Positions 61,904 to 64,000 of a DNA stretch of 64,000 nt are shown piece after piece (the first letter of the stretch is position 1; every line of letters begins with the position of its first letter). This stretch comes from Zygnema circumcarinatum SAG 698-1b (Eukaryota > Plantae > Zygnematophyceae): assembly GCA_037447605.1 (NCBI GenBank), contig CM074815.1:1-64000 (forward strand), written 5' to 3'. The notes below the pieces were generated by a model. It saw only the letters and a list, made by a program, of their open reading frames with translations, had not been told where the DNA came from and ran no database searches. Both the position numbers and the translations under genes were made by a program.

Positions 61904-64000
61904 ATGGAGATGCAGGTGGCAAGGCGCGCGGCGCTGCTGGCGCGGCATCTCGCCGCGCCTGACGTGGAGACGACGCACCTGTCTGCCCTTGAGAGCGCAC
62001 CATGCCTTCAGTACATGCCCCCGGAAACACATGCTGGTAAGGCCTCATCGAACTGCCGTTCCTTCCTCTCTTTTTCTTCAACACAGTAAGGTGTCAACAC
62101 AGTAAGGTGACAGGTGTTGGTTTCTGGAGCTCTTTCTTCCTGGTGCCCATCAGAGCTTGCTCGACCACTTCTGCGTATTTGAGGTGTTAGGATTTGGGAA
62201 GAGTGGATTGAAATGTTTTTAAACGTATTTTAAATTCTGCTCTCCGCTCTTGAAGAGGTCCGCCTGCGCCCGTCGGCGAACCGCGCTCTTGGAGCGATAT
62301 AGCATTCTGTGTTTCGTGGATTGATTTATTTTGTGGGCTTTTTAGGGAAAGCAACTTTCAGTCCTTCCATTCTGCGCGGAATGCTTGATTCCGATGGAGT
62401 GCGGATGATAGACGAAGTGTTCGGCCTTTTCGAAAAGAACAAGATATTTTGGCCGAAAGGAACTCCCCAGGGCGGACAGTTGTACACTTCCATGGACTAC
62501 AATTCGACCAAGGAGGAGCAGCGGGACGTGACCTTCAAGCGCATTTTGTTTATGAGAGATCACGGCTACTTCAGGAACTGGCTGACAACCGATGATCCGG
62601 AGGTGCTTAAGCAGAAGTCAGCCATGCATGAAGCGATTGGCATTTACGATCACTCTATGGGCGTCAAGCTCGGCGTGCACATCCATCTCTGGTAAGTGCA
62701 GCTGCTGTCCTTCGATGGATTGGCTTTTAGAGGCACCTCGAGCCCCACGGACACTTCGATTCAAAATCTGAAGCATGTATGTATGCATGGTTTTGCATTG
62801 CGCGTTGTTGGTCGTTTCTTAAGCGACCTTTACAAACTTGTCATTCCAATCTCCTCTGACGCCACCACTTCTAACGGTGGGCAGGGGAGGCGCTGTGAAG
62901 TATCTGGGAACAAAACGGCATCATGACAAGTGGCTAAAAAGGACTGAAGACTATGACGTTGCTGGTTGCTTTGCACTCACAGAGCTTGGACATGGAAGCA
63001 ACGTGAGTGCTGTCTTTCTGCTCGGCTTCAGTACCTCCGATGCTGTATGGACGTTTCCGTTGCAAACAAACGAAGTGCACATACTTAATATGAACTTCGC
63101 AGTGTTCGGCCAGCTACCTGGAGGCACGCTAGGTTTTCTAACCAGAAAATTTGTTTGCTGATCGGAAGCGTCAGTCGAGATGATTTCTTTTTGTTTGTGC
63201 TGCGTTTAGGTCCCTAGGCTAAAACTGTTATTTTGACGAAAGGGGATGGCTCACATGGAGCAGGTGCGTGGAATTGAAACAATAGCGACGTACGATCCAA
63301 GTACTCAGGAGTTCATTATTACCACTCCTTCTGAATCTGCGCAGAAGTACTGGATAGGCGGTGCAGCACAGGTGAGACCTTGCTGTGCATGAAACCGTGG
63401 ACGCTTTTAGTGCAACGAATATATGCAATAGGTCCATCATAGGTGTGGCTATGGCTCCTGCAGCTGCGCTTTTTTTTAACTTTCATGATTTTTTGACCGT
63501 TGAGTAAGATTCTTCGTTGAAATCTCTCGTTCAACATAAGAATCCAGGCAGTAATTCTTTCTTTGCTTCTGGATGTGCAGCATGCAAATCATACTGTGGC
63601 GTTTGCACAACTGCACATCGGCGGAAAGAATGAAGGTGTACACGCTTTCATCGTTCAGATTAGAGATGCCCAGAGCAGAGTATGCCCGAGGATTCGCATT
63701 GCAGATTGCGGCCATAAGATCGGCCTCAATGGCGTTGACAACGGCCGGATTTGGTGAGCTCGCAAATTCATCGAGAACTGGTGGGACTTGACCATTGTGA
63801 ATTGCCACCTGGCGACAGCCAGTCGCCGCTTGCACCTTAAAGCAGGTTCTTGAGATGCTTGGAGATGCATGACTTGACTTTGGACAGGGCTGAGCACCTT
63901 GTACGAGGTTCTGCAGGTTTGACAACGTTCGCATACCACGTGAAAATCTTCTCAATGCGGTTGCTGATGTATCTCCGGACGGACATTACCAGAGTGCCAT
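61904..64000 (+). CDS. ACX3: Peroxisomal acyl-CoA oxidase, ACX3-like, with an N-terminal PTS2; truncated by the window end
   Basis: PTS2-like [116 protein letters not shown]. Exons 61904-62036, 62346-62691, 62885-63002, 63264-63371, 63581-63753, 63917 to beyond 64000. Confidence 0.95.

Overview
Eukaryotic, intron-rich nuclear DNA from a draft assembly with six 10-N gaps. The proteins are land-plant-like, but the GC-rich, microsatellite-laden sequence suggests a streptophyte (charophyte-grade) alga; this is an inference. Contents left to right: (1) the 5' half of RAD50 (-), with a GC-AG intron and an 11-copy TTAGGG-containing 19-bp array just upstream of its ATG; (2) a decayed chromovirus-type Ty3/gypsy element (-); (3) a half-visible A1 aspartic protease (-), head-to-head with a membrane-targeted or secreted gene whose intronless domain looks bacterial/viral and glycosyltransferase-like (+); (4) a CDPK-like kinase without EF-hands (-), whose 3' part is duplicated, probably by misassembly; (5) a foldback MITE nested inside another foldback MITE; (6) an orphan ORF with CDK-inhibitor-like motifs; (7) RPAP1/MINIYO (-), head-to-head with a RING-H2 E3 ligase (+); (8) plastid-type ABCB29 (+); (9) a 7-exon gene for a calponin-homology + transmembrane + LysM protein (+); (10) tRNA-Leu(CAA) (-); (11) a group-I CDPK (+); (12) the 5' part of ACX3 (+). 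The most novel candidate is the CH-TM-LysM protein, a possible actin-to-peptidoglycan or actin-to-chitin tether. Exon coordinates were read by hand from GT/GC-AG sites and protein similarity; no database search was run.
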